From Acaryochloris thomasi RCC1774 (GTDB lineage: Bacteria; Cyanobacteriota; Cyanobacteriia; Thermosynechococcales; Thermosynechococcaceae), in assembly GCF_003231495.1 (NCBI RefSeq), contig NZ_PQWO01000011.1:44074-68073 (forward strand): a stretch of DNA of 24,000 nt. Reading direction: 5' to 3'. This document shows positions 8,088 to 16,387 of this stretch, piece after piece. The notes under the pieces are model-generated. The model saw only the letters and a program-made list of their open reading frames with translations. It ran no database searches and was not told the origin of the DNA. Every line of letters starts with the position of its first letter. Within the stretch, counting starts at the first letter, position 1. Position numbers and translations under genes: made by a program.

Positions 8088-8116
8088 TTGACAGAGGTAT
8101 CTTCTTTCGCTAACTT
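8088..8116 (+). promoter_or_regulatory. Sigma70-type promoter candidate for tRNA-Glu
   Basis: TTGACA (8088..8093), a 17-nt spacer, then TAACTT (8111..8116). The tRNA 5' end is 23 nt downstream. Confidence 0.4.
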
Positions 8117-8138
8117 AGTAAGGTCGTAAGACAAACAG

Positions 8139-8211
8139 GCCCCCATCGTCTAGAGGCCTAGGACACCTCCCTTTCACGGAGGCGACAGGGATTCGAATTC
8201 CCTTGGGGGTA
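8139..8211 (+). tRNA. trnE: tRNA-Glu (anticodon UUC)
   Basis: I folded the 73-nt cloverleaf by hand: acceptor GCCCCCA/TGGGGGT (G1-U72), D stem GTCT/GGAC, anticodon stem CCTCC/GGAGG with loop CTTTCAC (UUC), T arm AGGGA-TTCGAAT-TCCCT, discriminator A. CCA is not encoded. Confidence 0.95.
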
Positions 8212-8254
8212 TTAATAAATTTTCAGCTATTGAGCTGAACTAATTTTAAGATAA

Positions 8255-8280
8255 GGGTAGGTGTTACACCTGCCCTTTCT
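8255..8280 (+). terminator. Hairpin plus T-rich tail downstream of tRNA-Glu
   Basis: GGGTAGGTG-TTA-CACCTGCCC forms a 9-bp stem including one G-U pair, followed by TTTCT. It lies 16 nt before the rsmI start. Confidence 0.5.
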
Positions 8281-8295
8281 ACGTTTCAGGACTTT

Positions 8296-9165
8296 ATGAT
8301 GCCGCAGGTTCCCGATCACTCATTAGGTGAGCTTTATGTGGTGGGGACTCCCATTGGCAACCTCGAAGATATTAGCTTTAGAGCCATTCGCATTCTGAAG
8401 ATGGTGGATGCGATCGCATCTGAAGACACCCGTCACACCGGCAAACTGCTGCATCATTTCGAAATCAAAACACCCCAGATTAGCTACCACCAACACAACC
8501 ACAAGCAGCGTGCACCTGAACTACTCGCCCGACTGCAGCAGGGACAGTCCTTAGCCCTCGTCAGCGATGCAGGTCTACCCGGAATTTCTGATCCTGGCTA
8601 TGAGCTTGTCCAGACATGCGTGGCAGCCAATATTAATGTCGTACCTATTCCCGGTCCCAGTGCAGCATTAACGGCTTTAACCGCTTCTGGACTGCCCAGC
8701 GATCGCTTTTGCTTTGAAGGTTTCTTAGCCGCTAAGGGCGCTGAGCGACGGGACCATCTTGCTCAATTTGAAGCAGAACCTCGGACGATCATTCTGTATG
8801 AATCTCCCCATCGACTGCGGCAAACGCTGCAGGATTTATGTACAACGTTGGGGGCTGATAGGCAGATCGTGATTGCGCGGGAACTTACAAAGCTCCATGA
8901 GACCTTTTGGCGAGGGACGGTGGAGGATGCGATCTCAAAGTACGAAACTCAAAATCCACGGGGAGAATATACGTTGATCATTGCTGGCAAACCAATTGTA
9001 GAGACTGTCCACACAGATGACGAACTAAGACAAAAGCTACAAACTTTAATTGATCAGGGCATCTCGCCCTCGCAGGCAAGTCGGCAACTGGCCTCAATCC
9101 TTGGTGTTTCTCGACGATATCTTTATCGACTCTCGTTAGATTTAGTTTCTGGCTCTGCTCCTTAA
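8296..9165 (+). CDS. rsmI: 16S rRNA (cytidine1402-2'-O)-methyltransferase
   Basis: 289 aa. It shows RsmI/tetrapyrrole-methylase-fold signatures: LYVVGTPIGNLEDIS.RA...L..VD.IA.EDTRHTGKLL, SDAG.PGISDPG..LV, PGPSA...AL..SGLP.D.F.F.GFL, YESPHRL. Confidence 0.9.
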   Translation: MMPQVPDHSLGELYVVGTPIGNLEDISFRAIRILKMVDAIASEDTRHTGKLLHHFEIKTPQISYHQHNHKQRAPELLARLQQGQSLALVSDAGLPGISDPGYELVQTCVAANINVVPIPGPSAALTALTASGLPSDRFCFEGFLAAKGAERRDHLAQFEAEPRTIILYESPHRLRQTLQDLCTTLGADRQIVIARELTKLHETFWRGTVEDAISKYETQNPRGEYTLIIAGKPIVETVHTDDELRQKLQTLIDQGISPSQASRQLASILGVSRRYLYRLSLDLVSGSAP

Positions 9166-9270
9166 AAAGACGTCAATATCCGTTTGAAACCCACAGATTT
9201 CAGTATTTTTCACGATGTGGAGAACGACATAGGCAACATAATCTTTAGCTAATGTCTAGAGCAAAAACGA

Positions 9271-10290
9271 ATGGCGCACGATTTGGGTCAAGGAGCAGCC
9301 TTTGTTGCTGGTGGTGCAGCAGCAGGTTCTTGGGTATCAGTCAACGTTGGAGGCATGGGATTAGCTTTCTCTGGGACTGCCATTGGCATAGGCATGACGC
9401 CTGTGACCCTTGCTGGTGCAACAGCAGGTGCTGCCAGCTACGGTCTTTTCCGGGCGGTTGTTGAGGGTGATGCATCAGCGCTGAGCGCGGCTGCATTAGG
9501 AGGCTTGGGTGGAGCAGCAGTTTCCCTCCATGTCGGTGGTATGGGGTTAGCCGCGAAAGGAACTGCTATTAGCCTGGGACTGGCTCCTCTGACGGTTGCA
9601 GGATCAGTTGTTGGACTAGCAGTGTATGGTTTACTGAAAAGTCTGGATCGAGGAGGTACCAAAGAACCTGCATCTCAAGTCTTTGAGCGTATGGACAGTA
9701 GAGTGTCTTGGCAGGAAAGCTATACTCAAGCACTCTTAGAGCTAAACATAGAAGCTCTAGAGAATCAGTTTGGCAACGACCCTTTGGCACAAAAATTTTT
9801 AGAGTGGCAGTTGGACGACGACCTAGAGCATCTCAAAAAGAACCTCAACATTCCTTCGGGTGCAAGCAACGCAACAAGTCAAATTCTTACTGGTCAATCT
9901 CTTGATCGAAGATTTCGCCAATTTCAGATCGATTCTGAGCTAGAGGAACTCAAGGCAAAGATGGGACTTTCGCTGTGCTCACCTAAATTTTCTAAAGAGA
10001 GCCTATTGAGACTGGAAGCTCAAATCTTCTCCAACAAGCAATTTTGCTTCCAAAGGCTAGAGAACATTGCATGCACCTTCATGCCTGAGAATAAGCAAGC
10101 AGTGGGCGAATGGTGGCAAGTATTAGGGGTAGATCAAAACGCAACACCTACAGCCGTCAAGCAGGCATATTATCAACTTGCGAAGCGACACCATCCTGAT
10201 TCCAGTATCTGCACCCATGCTCAAGCTAATATGCAAGCAGTCAATATTGCATATGACAAATACCAGCAAAGACTCAAGACTCTTAACTAA
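9271..10290 (+). CDS. C-terminal J-domain protein with a duplicated Gly/Ala-rich hydrophobic N-terminal module
   Basis: 339 aa. The J domain lies at the C-terminus (WWQVLGVDQNATPTAVKQAYYQLAKRHHPD, HPD at nt 10192..10200). The N-terminal residues 26-61 and 88-123 form an internal repeat. The overlapping track ORF 9252..9464 is an alternative-frame artefact. Confidence 0.8.
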   Translation: MAHDLGQGAAFVAGGAAAGSWVSVNVGGMGLAFSGTAIGIGMTPVTLAGATAGAASYGLFRAVVEGDASALSAAALGGLGGAAVSLHVGGMGLAAKGTAISLGLAPLTVAGSVVGLAVYGLLKSLDRGGTKEPASQVFERMDSRVSWQESYTQALLELNIEALENQFGNDPLAQKFLEWQLDDDLEHLKKNLNIPSGASNATSQILTGQSLDRRFRQFQIDSELEELKAKMGLSLCSPKFSKESLLRLEAQIFSNKQFCFQRLENIACTFMPENKQAVGEWWQVLGVDQNATPTAVKQAYYQLAKRHHPDSSICTHAQANMQAVNIAYDKYQQRLKTLN

Positions 10291-10398
10291 ATAGATGAGA
10301 GCGTTGTAATCCCTACGAATGTGTTGTCAAGGCCCTGTCGTAAAACTTTCTGCTGTTAGGGAAAACTAAGTTAGTCAGCATACGGTGATCAACAGCGC

Positions 10399-10740
10399 AT
10401 GAAACTTCTCGGCAGATTTTTGGGATTAGTGCTTGTATTGCTTGGCTTATACGTACTGGGCCAAAACATCTACTTCACGACAAATGTCTCTCCCTACTGG
10501 TGGCGCGGGCTTGCTGCTGACTCCTCCGTACTGTGTCTTACGAGCGGTATCATCTCTCTATTCTTCTTTCCCAAAGAACTGAAATCCCTTGGCTGGATTG
10601 CAATGGGGCTAGGTGTTTTACTTGTCTTCGTCAGCAGTCGAGCTGTCCTACAGCCCACAAGCCTGTGGCAATTCTGCCTATCGACGGCCAGCTTTGTCGG
10701 TGGTTACCAGTTGATAACGAAGGGGAAAATTAATCTTTAG
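10399..10740 (+). CDS. Small integral membrane protein (about 4 predicted TM segments), function unknown
   Basis: 113 aa with four hydrophobic stretches (about residues 5-22, 40-57, 64-80, 88-105). I recognise no family signature. I call it coding from its length, hydrophobic periodicity and lack of a competing ORF. Confidence 0.5.
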   Translation: MKLLGRFLGLVLVLLGLYVLGQNIYFTTNVSPYWWRGLAADSSVLCLTSGIISLFFFPKELKSLGWIAMGLGVLLVFVSSRAVLQPTSLWQFCLSTASFVGGYQLITKGKINL

Positions 10741-10750
10741 AGGATGTTGA

Positions 10751-12724
10751 CTAGTATTGAGCCAGCAGCTCAGGGATAAAGTCATATCCGTCTACTCCAA
10801 TTTCTTGAATGATTCTAGGGCGCTGCTCTTGAAGCAGATCTTGAAAAGCATCTGCACCGACTTTTCCTTTGAGCACAGTGAGCAATCCTGCGGCTTGAGA
10901 CCAGTCAGGAGACTCAATTTGCTTGAGCAGATACATCCCCAGACAACCGTAATGAATTGCAGACGCGGGCTGTTCTAAAACATGAAAGGCTTCAGCTAAA
11001 TTAGTGAAGTTCAATCCCTTAAGATACGAGTCGCCTGACAGATTTGCGGCTCCTAAACCGGCTTCAAGGGCACGGATCGCCTCTTGTGGCTGAGACAATG
11101 TTAGGTGTGCAATACCTAGACTGCTGTGACACAACGCCTGACTCTGCAGATCGTTTAACTTCTCTGCGATCTCTAATCCCTGCTGAAGATAGCGCATAGA
11201 AATAACGTAGCGATCTGGATCCGCTTGCTCTAGTTGCTGCGCCGCGCAAACTTGACTGAACCCCAAATTAGTGAGCGAATTTGCCTCACCTCGACGATCA
11301 CCTTGCTCACGACTGAGGATCAAAGCCCGCTGGCTGTCATCAATCGCTTGAGCATATTCCTTCAGAGAGATATGAGTCCGACTGAGGTGATTGAGGTTGG
11401 CAATCTCACAGGCTCTATCTTTGGCCGTTCGAGCAACATCCAAAGCCTGCTGATGAAAGTCAAGTGCCTGTTGATTGCGTCCCAAAGCTCTTTGAGAGTA
11501 GCCGAGGAGCGTCAGAATGCGGGCTTTCTCATGGGTTCCCTCCACTTGCTTAAGCGGGACATCTAGATAGTCCAGGGTCATATTCAGATAGCCACCGTCA
11601 AAGGCCGCAAAGACGCCACCGTAGAGCGGGAAATAGGACTGCTGAGCAAAGCTGCGTAAAATTTGCAGCGTGATCTGGAAGTATGCGTCGGAAAAGCTTT
11701 GCTGTTGAGCCAGTTGCCGGGTCCCAACCGCTAGCTCAGACCAGATGCTGGCAAACGTCAGATATGACGAGATCGAGAGTTTTGGCCCCACTCTTGTGTC
11801 ATAGGCCTGCTGATCAAACCATGACACTAACCCCCGCTGCAGGAACCGCATCACAATCATCAGCTCAATCCAGTCACTCAACTGACAGGTCGAGGCTTGG
11901 GCTGCCCACTGTTGAATAGAGATCTGTTGCTGAGCAATGAGCTTGAACAATGTTTGGGTTAAAGATAACCGCGCCAACGGCTGAGCCGGTTCAGCCTGAA
12001 AAAAGGCGTTTGTCGTTTGGGTCGGAGTTGCGTCCAGCTTCCTAGCCCAAAACTCCCAAGGGCTTTGGCCCCTTTGAAAACCCGCTTCTCTCGTTGGGGC
12101 ATCGAAAATCCAGCCGGTGACATGGCTCTGCAGCCGACGACAAGCTGCCAAGCCCTTCTTGAGGCCAGAAGTGACCTGCTTGAGATCCTGCGCTGCAGCG
12201 AGACTACGATTCTGCCCGCTTTGCTTGAGTGCAGCAGCCAGTTGCTCAATATCCTGGTTTGTAAAGATAGGGGTGCGATTGAGATCTAGCTCTCCGAGTA
12301 AGGCAAGCAATGCCTGTTGTTTGTCTGGAGCTGCGACAATTTTTTGAGTGGCAGCGGTAATGATCGTTGCATTCTGTGTTTTGACGGCTAGCTCTTCCCA
12401 AGCCTTTTGCAGCATTTTCATGCCACGACATGAGCGCTCAACCTTTGCTGGGACTTGATCCTTTGAAAATTGACCCGCCTGAGCCTGAAGCTCCTGCTCT
12501 CGCTCAGATAAACAGCGTTCTAGCAGCTCTCCCTCGACAGTCATTTGCGAACTTAACTGCTGCCACTCCGTTGCGAAGGCATGCTGTAAAGCTTCTTTGG
12601 ACAGAAACTCACCGCTCAAGTAGCGACCGAGAAGAGTTTCAATCAGTGTGGAATAAGGTTCGTGTGGCATAAATGATTCTTGAGGATAATCCACTGTTGT
12701 CTCCGATAGCTCTGCCTGCGGCAT
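10751..12724 (-). CDS. Tetratricopeptide-repeat protein with an unassigned ~390-aa N-terminal region
   Basis: 657 aa. The C-terminal ~250 aa shows TPR_12-like repeats (ARILTLLGYSQRALGRNQQALDFHQQALDVAR...EIANLNHLSRTHISLKEYAQAIDDSQRAL...GEANSLTNLGFSQ...). All overlapping track ORFs inside it are shorter and lack features. Confidence 0.8.
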   Translation of the reverse strand: MPQAELSETTVDYPQESFMPHEPYSTLIETLLGRYLSGEFLSKEALQHAFATEWQQLSSQMTVEGELLERCLSEREQELQAQAGQFSKDQVPAKVERSCRGMKMLQKAWEELAVKTQNATIITAATQKIVAAPDKQQALLALLGELDLNRTPIFTNQDIEQLAAALKQSGQNRSLAAAQDLKQVTSGLKKGLAACRRLQSHVTGWIFDAPTREAGFQRGQSPWEFWARKLDATPTQTTNAFFQAEPAQPLARLSLTQTLFKLIAQQQISIQQWAAQASTCQLSDWIELMIVMRFLQRGLVSWFDQQAYDTRVGPKLSISSYLTFASIWSELAVGTRQLAQQQSFSDAYFQITLQILRSFAQQSYFPLYGGVFAAFDGGYLNMTLDYLDVPLKQVEGTHEKARILTLLGYSQRALGRNQQALDFHQQALDVARTAKDRACEIANLNHLSRTHISLKEYAQAIDDSQRALILSREQGDRRGEANSLTNLGFSQVCAAQQLEQADPDRYVISMRYLQQGLEIAEKLNDLQSQALCHSSLGIAHLTLSQPQEAIRALEAGLGAANLSGDSYLKGLNFTNLAEAFHVLEQPASAIHYGCLGMYLLKQIESPDWSQAAGLLTVLKGKVGADAFQDLLQEQRPRIIQEIGVDGYDFIPELLAQY

Positions 12725-12827
12725 CCTGCAGGCTGATCGGCAGCCTTGTTCAAAGAAACCGCTTCAATTGCTCGTTTTTCGATACTGGCTTCAAAGATAA
12801 GGTAGCGAGTAGGAGGCCAAGACGGCA

Positions 12828-13454
12828 TTAGGTCTCAGATGCTTTTTTGCTGGCTTCAGCTTTGCGCTCACTATGACGATCGGTGAGATGATCGACCTTG
12901 TCCCGCAGCAGTAGGGTGAACTTGTAGAGTTCTTCCATGACATCTACGATGCGATCGCGATAGGCAGAGTCTTTCATCGTGCCGTCTTCATGGAACTCCT
13001 GATAGGCTTTGGCAACAGACGATTGATTGGGAATGGTAAACATCCGCATCCAGCGGCCCAATAGGCGCATTGAGTTAACTGCATTGAACGATTGGGATCC
13101 GCCAGAGACTTGCATCACCGCTAGCGTTTTCCCTTGGGTGGGCCGGATTGCGCCTAGCGTTAGGGGCACCCAGTCAATCTGAGTTTTCATCAAGCCCGAA
13201 ATATTGCCGTGGAGTTCAGGACTCGACCATGCCTGCCCCTCTGACCACTGCACAAGGGTCCGCAGTTCCTGCACTTTAGGATGGGTTTCAGGTTCAGCAC
13301 CGTGCAGCGGCAGTCCCCGAGGATCAAAGAAACGGACCTCTGCACCAATCTCTTCAATGATTCGCGCGGCTTCTTCTGCTGCAAGGCGACTGTAGGAACG
13401 CTCCCGTAAGGAACCGTACAAAAACAAAATGCGGGGTTTGTGCTCAAAAGTCAT
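12828..13454 (-). CDS. arsH: ArsH-type NADPH-dependent FMN reductase
   Basis: 208 aa. It matches ArsH closely over most of its length as I recall it ([37 protein letters not shown]....HPKVQELR....WSEGQ.W.SPE.HG...[81 protein letters not shown]). Confidence 0.9.
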   Translation of the reverse strand: MTFEHKPRILFLYGSLRERSYSRLAAEEAARIIEEIGAEVRFFDPRGLPLHGAEPETHPKVQELRTLVQWSEGQAWSSPELHGNISGLMKTQIDWVPLTLGAIRPTQGKTLAVMQVSGGSQSFNAVNSMRLLGRWMRMFTIPNQSSVAKAYQEFHEDGTMKDSAYRDRIVDVMEELYKFTLLLRDKVDHLTDRHSERKAEASKKASET

Positions 13455-13500
13455 GGAGACAAGGAAGATGGGATGAAAATATTAGTATCAATCGCACATT

Positions 13501-13863
13501 TTACTGGTCACAAGCTGATTGTCGAGCTGCTTCATTGAGGGGATCATCCTCAATAGGTTCCCAGTTGCCTTTGCTGGGCTGCTGCTCTGGCTCGATATCT
13601 CGGTAGCGATCGCGTTCACAATCATACTCAGTGGTGTAATTCTCAGTCTCAGTCCCTGTAGCCTGGATCGCTTCCATGTAGCTGGCTACAGTCACAAACC
13701 TCCCTGATCGTTGTATAGAATCAGTATCGATGTATTGACGTACATTACCCTCGGCTGATTCTGCCACCTGCTGCCATTGAGTCGCTCGTGCGGGAAGTGC
13801 TGAGCAGAGGACAAAACTCAGCGTCAATCCCATTACCAGAATTAGCGTTCGACACTTTAGCAT
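13501..13863 (-). CDS. Small secreted protein, function unknown
   Basis: 120 aa with a signal peptide that has an AxA site (LCSALPARA/TQW). AGGAGG lies 8 nt upstream of the ATG on the minus strand. Two Cys residues (YDCERD, SACDQ) could form a disulfide. The layout W..V......YID..SI.R.G......Y.......Y..EYDC vaguely recalls surface-adhesin-E-like domains, but I hold that only at low confidence. Confidence 0.55.
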   Translation of the reverse strand: MLKCRTLILVMGLTLSFVLCSALPARATQWQQVAESAEGNVRQYIDTDSIQRSGRFVTVASYMEAIQATGTETENYTTEYDCERDRYRDIEPEQQPSKGNWEPIEDDPLNEAARQSACDQ

Positions 13864-13895
13864 CGCTGTTCCCTCCTAAATGTTGAAGCTATTGT

Positions 13896-15062
13896 TCAAA
13901 CAGTGATGTACCACCGCCGCCAGTGCAGACCGTAGGCCACTACCCACCAAAATAGCAGAGTTGCAAAGGAGAACAAGAAGCCTGCCGTGGCTGCGCCTGA
14001 CCAGCTCAAGAAAACATGCTCATAGATCCATGTATATGTCGATGGCGCTTCGTCTCCAGAGCCGATGTTTGTTTTCACGAGCAGCTTAATCACCAAGACT
14101 GACGCAACAAAGATAAAAATCGAATTAAGTCCCAGCACCTCTAGCGGTTTACCCCAGCGTTTTTGACCGCGTACCTCAATCAGTTCGTAACAGGCGGCCA
14201 ACAGCAGCAGCGCCAGCCCCACCGTGAACATCACAAAAGAGCTGCTCCAGAGCTTTTTGTTGATCGGGAACCAGATGCTCCAGACCTGTCCCACCACTAG
14301 GCTACCGAGGCCGAACATTGCCAATGTGGTGCTTTGGCTTGATGACCGTACGCCTTTGATTACAGCCGTGGTTCGCAGCCATGTCCCTGTGAAGTAGCCG
14401 AGTAGAGTGGTTGCGATCGCAGGTAAAGTCCCGAACAATCCCTCCGGGTCGCCCATATTCTCAAACTGGTCTCCAGCATACAGATGAGCGCTAGGAATAA
14501 TCAGACGATCAATATAGGCCCCAAAATTGCCGACCCGCGTCAAAGTCCCGGCCCCATACTCTGGCACCGGAATCACTGTCAGTGCCAGCCAGTAGCCGAT
14601 CAGCAAAACTGCTGTCGCTCCCCACTGAGCCTTGCGCGGTAGCTTCAATACCAGCAGCGCCGTCACGACATAGGCCAAGCTAATCCGCTGTAGAACGCCC
14701 ATCACTCGAATCGTGCTGAGGTCGTAGGACCAGAAGCCGTTGAGCAGCAGCCCCAGCGCGAACAGCAGCAGCCCCCGCCGCACGATCCGCCAGTAGACCG
14801 CCGGGGTCGGTTGATTGTTTGACGTATACTTTGCCAGGGAAAAGGCCATTGCCACGCCAACGATGTATAAAAAAAACGGAAACACAAGATCTGCTAAAGT
14901 CCAGCCATCCCAGTCTGCGTGGGCTAGCCAGGGATAGACCTCCGCTGTGATCCCAGCCTTGTTGACCAAGAGCATACCTGCGATCGCAATTCCTCGAAAG
15001 ACATCAAGAGAACGCAGGCGTCTTTGGGCAGTTGGCACCGTAGCGGCAGGTGAAGCAGACAT
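13896..15062 (-). CDS. Polytopic membrane acyltransferase, HGSNAT/DUF5009 (DUF1624)-like
   Basis: 388 aa with about 11 hydrophobic segments. The N-terminal signature R..SLDVFRG.AIAGM.LVN......Y..L.HA.W.G.T.ADLVFP.FL...GV matches the heparan-alpha-glucosaminide N-acetyltransferase-like family. Confidence 0.8.
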   Translation of the reverse strand: MSASPAATVPTAQRRLRSLDVFRGIAIAGMLLVNKAGITAEVYPWLAHADWDGWTLADLVFPFFLYIVGVAMAFSLAKYTSNNQPTPAVYWRIVRRGLLLFALGLLLNGFWSYDLSTIRVMGVLQRISLAYVVTALLVLKLPRKAQWGATAVLLIGYWLALTVIPVPEYGAGTLTRVGNFGAYIDRLIIPSAHLYAGDQFENMGDPEGLFGTLPAIATTLLGYFTGTWLRTTAVIKGVRSSSQSTTLAMFGLGSLVVGQVWSIWFPINKKLWSSSFVMFTVGLALLLLAACYELIEVRGQKRWGKPLEVLGLNSIFIFVASVLVIKLLVKTNIGSGDEAPSTYTWIYEHVFLSWSGAATAGFLFSFATLLFWWVVAYGLHWRRWYITV

Positions 15063-15243
15063 AGACCGTATCTAAAATAATGATTAAAGGTTTTATTCGC
15101 CAAAACAGGGCGTAAGTCTTTGATTCACAGTGTATGACACTGCGTTCACGGCCCTAGCATTCGGCTTCCCAGTGTTATGCTATGTCGGGGAATGTGGGTC
15201 ACTTATTTAGTTTTCTGTGCTGCTCTAGCTCTTTAAAAATTCC

Positions 15244-15273
15244 AAAATTAGACGATCAAAAATTAGACGATCA
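15244..15273. repeat. Perfect 15-bp tandem duplication (AAAATTAGACGATCA x2) ending 2 nt before the deacetylase ATG
   Basis: 15244..15258 and 15259..15273 are identical. The following AAATG partly continues the unit. Confidence 0.9.
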
Positions 15274-15275
15274 AA

Positions 15276-16157
15276 ATGGCCTACTCGACGAGTAATAATC
15301 GTTCCTGGAGTTTAGCTGTTGTGGGGGCAGCGCTACTGGGGATCGGGGGACTGGTGTGGCAGTTCACGGGTTTACGCACCGCGGTGCCAAACTTGGTGAA
15401 TCCCAGCGCCATCAGCCAAGCAACGCTCATAGCGGAATCAGAGGCTGCCTTTGCTCACACCGCTGGACTCATTGCTGAAGCAGAGAAGCAAAAGCTGTAC
15501 AACGTCACTGTACCGCCGCAGTTTGTGGGCAAAACCATTAAAGACGTCAAGCTAAAACCTGATCAAAAATATATTGCCCTCACCTTTGATGATGGTCCGT
15601 GGCCTGAGGTCACCAATAATATTCTCTACACGCTCAAGGCCCACGGCGTCAGGGCCACTTTCTTTGTCGTTGGCCTGCACGTACAGACCTATCCCGAACA
15701 GCTTCGGCAGGTCGTTGCTGAGGGACATGTTTTAGCCAATCACACCTGGAATCATCGCTATCACAAATTTTCATCAGCAGAGGCCGCCGTTCAACTGAAA
15801 AAAACAGCGGACATCATCTACAAGGAAACGGGCGTAAAGACGGCCCTGTTCCGGCCCCCAGGTGGCAAGCTCCACAATGGCCTTGTCAAATATGCCAACG
15901 CCCACAAATACAGCTCAATTATGTGGTCTCAGGATTCAGGAGACACCTCCCGTATCTCGTCATCCAGAATTTTGGCTAATATTCTCGCAGGTGCTAAACC
16001 AGGGGCGATTATCCTCATGCATGACGGTGGTGGGGATCGTCTCAAAACAGCCTCTATGCTGCCTCAGGCGATCAAAGAGCTTAAGAAACGTGGCTATCAA
16101 TTTGTGACGGTACCCGAGCTATTTGAGCTTTCGGCGCAGAATAACGCTCCGAATTAG
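15276..16157 (+). CDS. Polysaccharide deacetylase (NodB-homology, PgdA-like) with an N-terminal membrane anchor
   Basis: 293 aa. NodB motifs are present: ALTFDDGP, FFV.G, ANHTWNH, LFRPPGG, ILMHDGGG. The N-terminal hydrophobic segment is WSLAVVGAALLGIGGLVW. Confidence 0.9.
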   Translation: MAYSTSNNRSWSLAVVGAALLGIGGLVWQFTGLRTAVPNLVNPSAISQATLIAESEAAFAHTAGLIAEAEKQKLYNVTVPPQFVGKTIKDVKLKPDQKYIALTFDDGPWPEVTNNILYTLKAHGVRATFFVVGLHVQTYPEQLRQVVAEGHVLANHTWNHRYHKFSSAEAAVQLKKTADIIYKETGVKTALFRPPGGKLHNGLVKYANAHKYSSIMWSQDSGDTSRISSSRILANILAGAKPGAIILMHDGGGDRLKTASMLPQAIKELKKRGYQFVTVPELFELSAQNNAPN

Positions 16158-16387
16158 GAGCGATGTCTTCGAAATAAAGCTGTATTCCCATATAAAAGCG
16201 CTTAAAGTCCCGCGCTCAGAATTAGGAGAGGGATTTAGGGAGAAGGCCGTGCAATACTTTAGCTAAAGTGAGATGCTACCGGGTTTATGTCTTCTGTCGT
16301 GTTCAGGCGAGAGTCGGTCCGCACCGATTAAAATCTCAAATTTAGTAACAAAATTCTAAATAATGGCCTAGTTCTGTCAGATTCATA

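Noticed and set aside
9252-9464. 70-aa Cys/Trp/Arg-rich ORF overlapping the start of the J-domain gene
   Set aside because: It is an alternative frame of a GC-rich Gly/Ala-coding stretch. Its composition is typical of an out-of-frame artefact.
10757-12672. Several 60-110-aa ORFs on both strands inside the TPR gene (e.g. 11234..11566, 11683..11919, 12017..12289, 12430..12672)
   Set aside because: All are nested in or antisense to the 657-aa ORF. They have low-complexity, Arg/Ser/Leu-rich translations and no start-site support.
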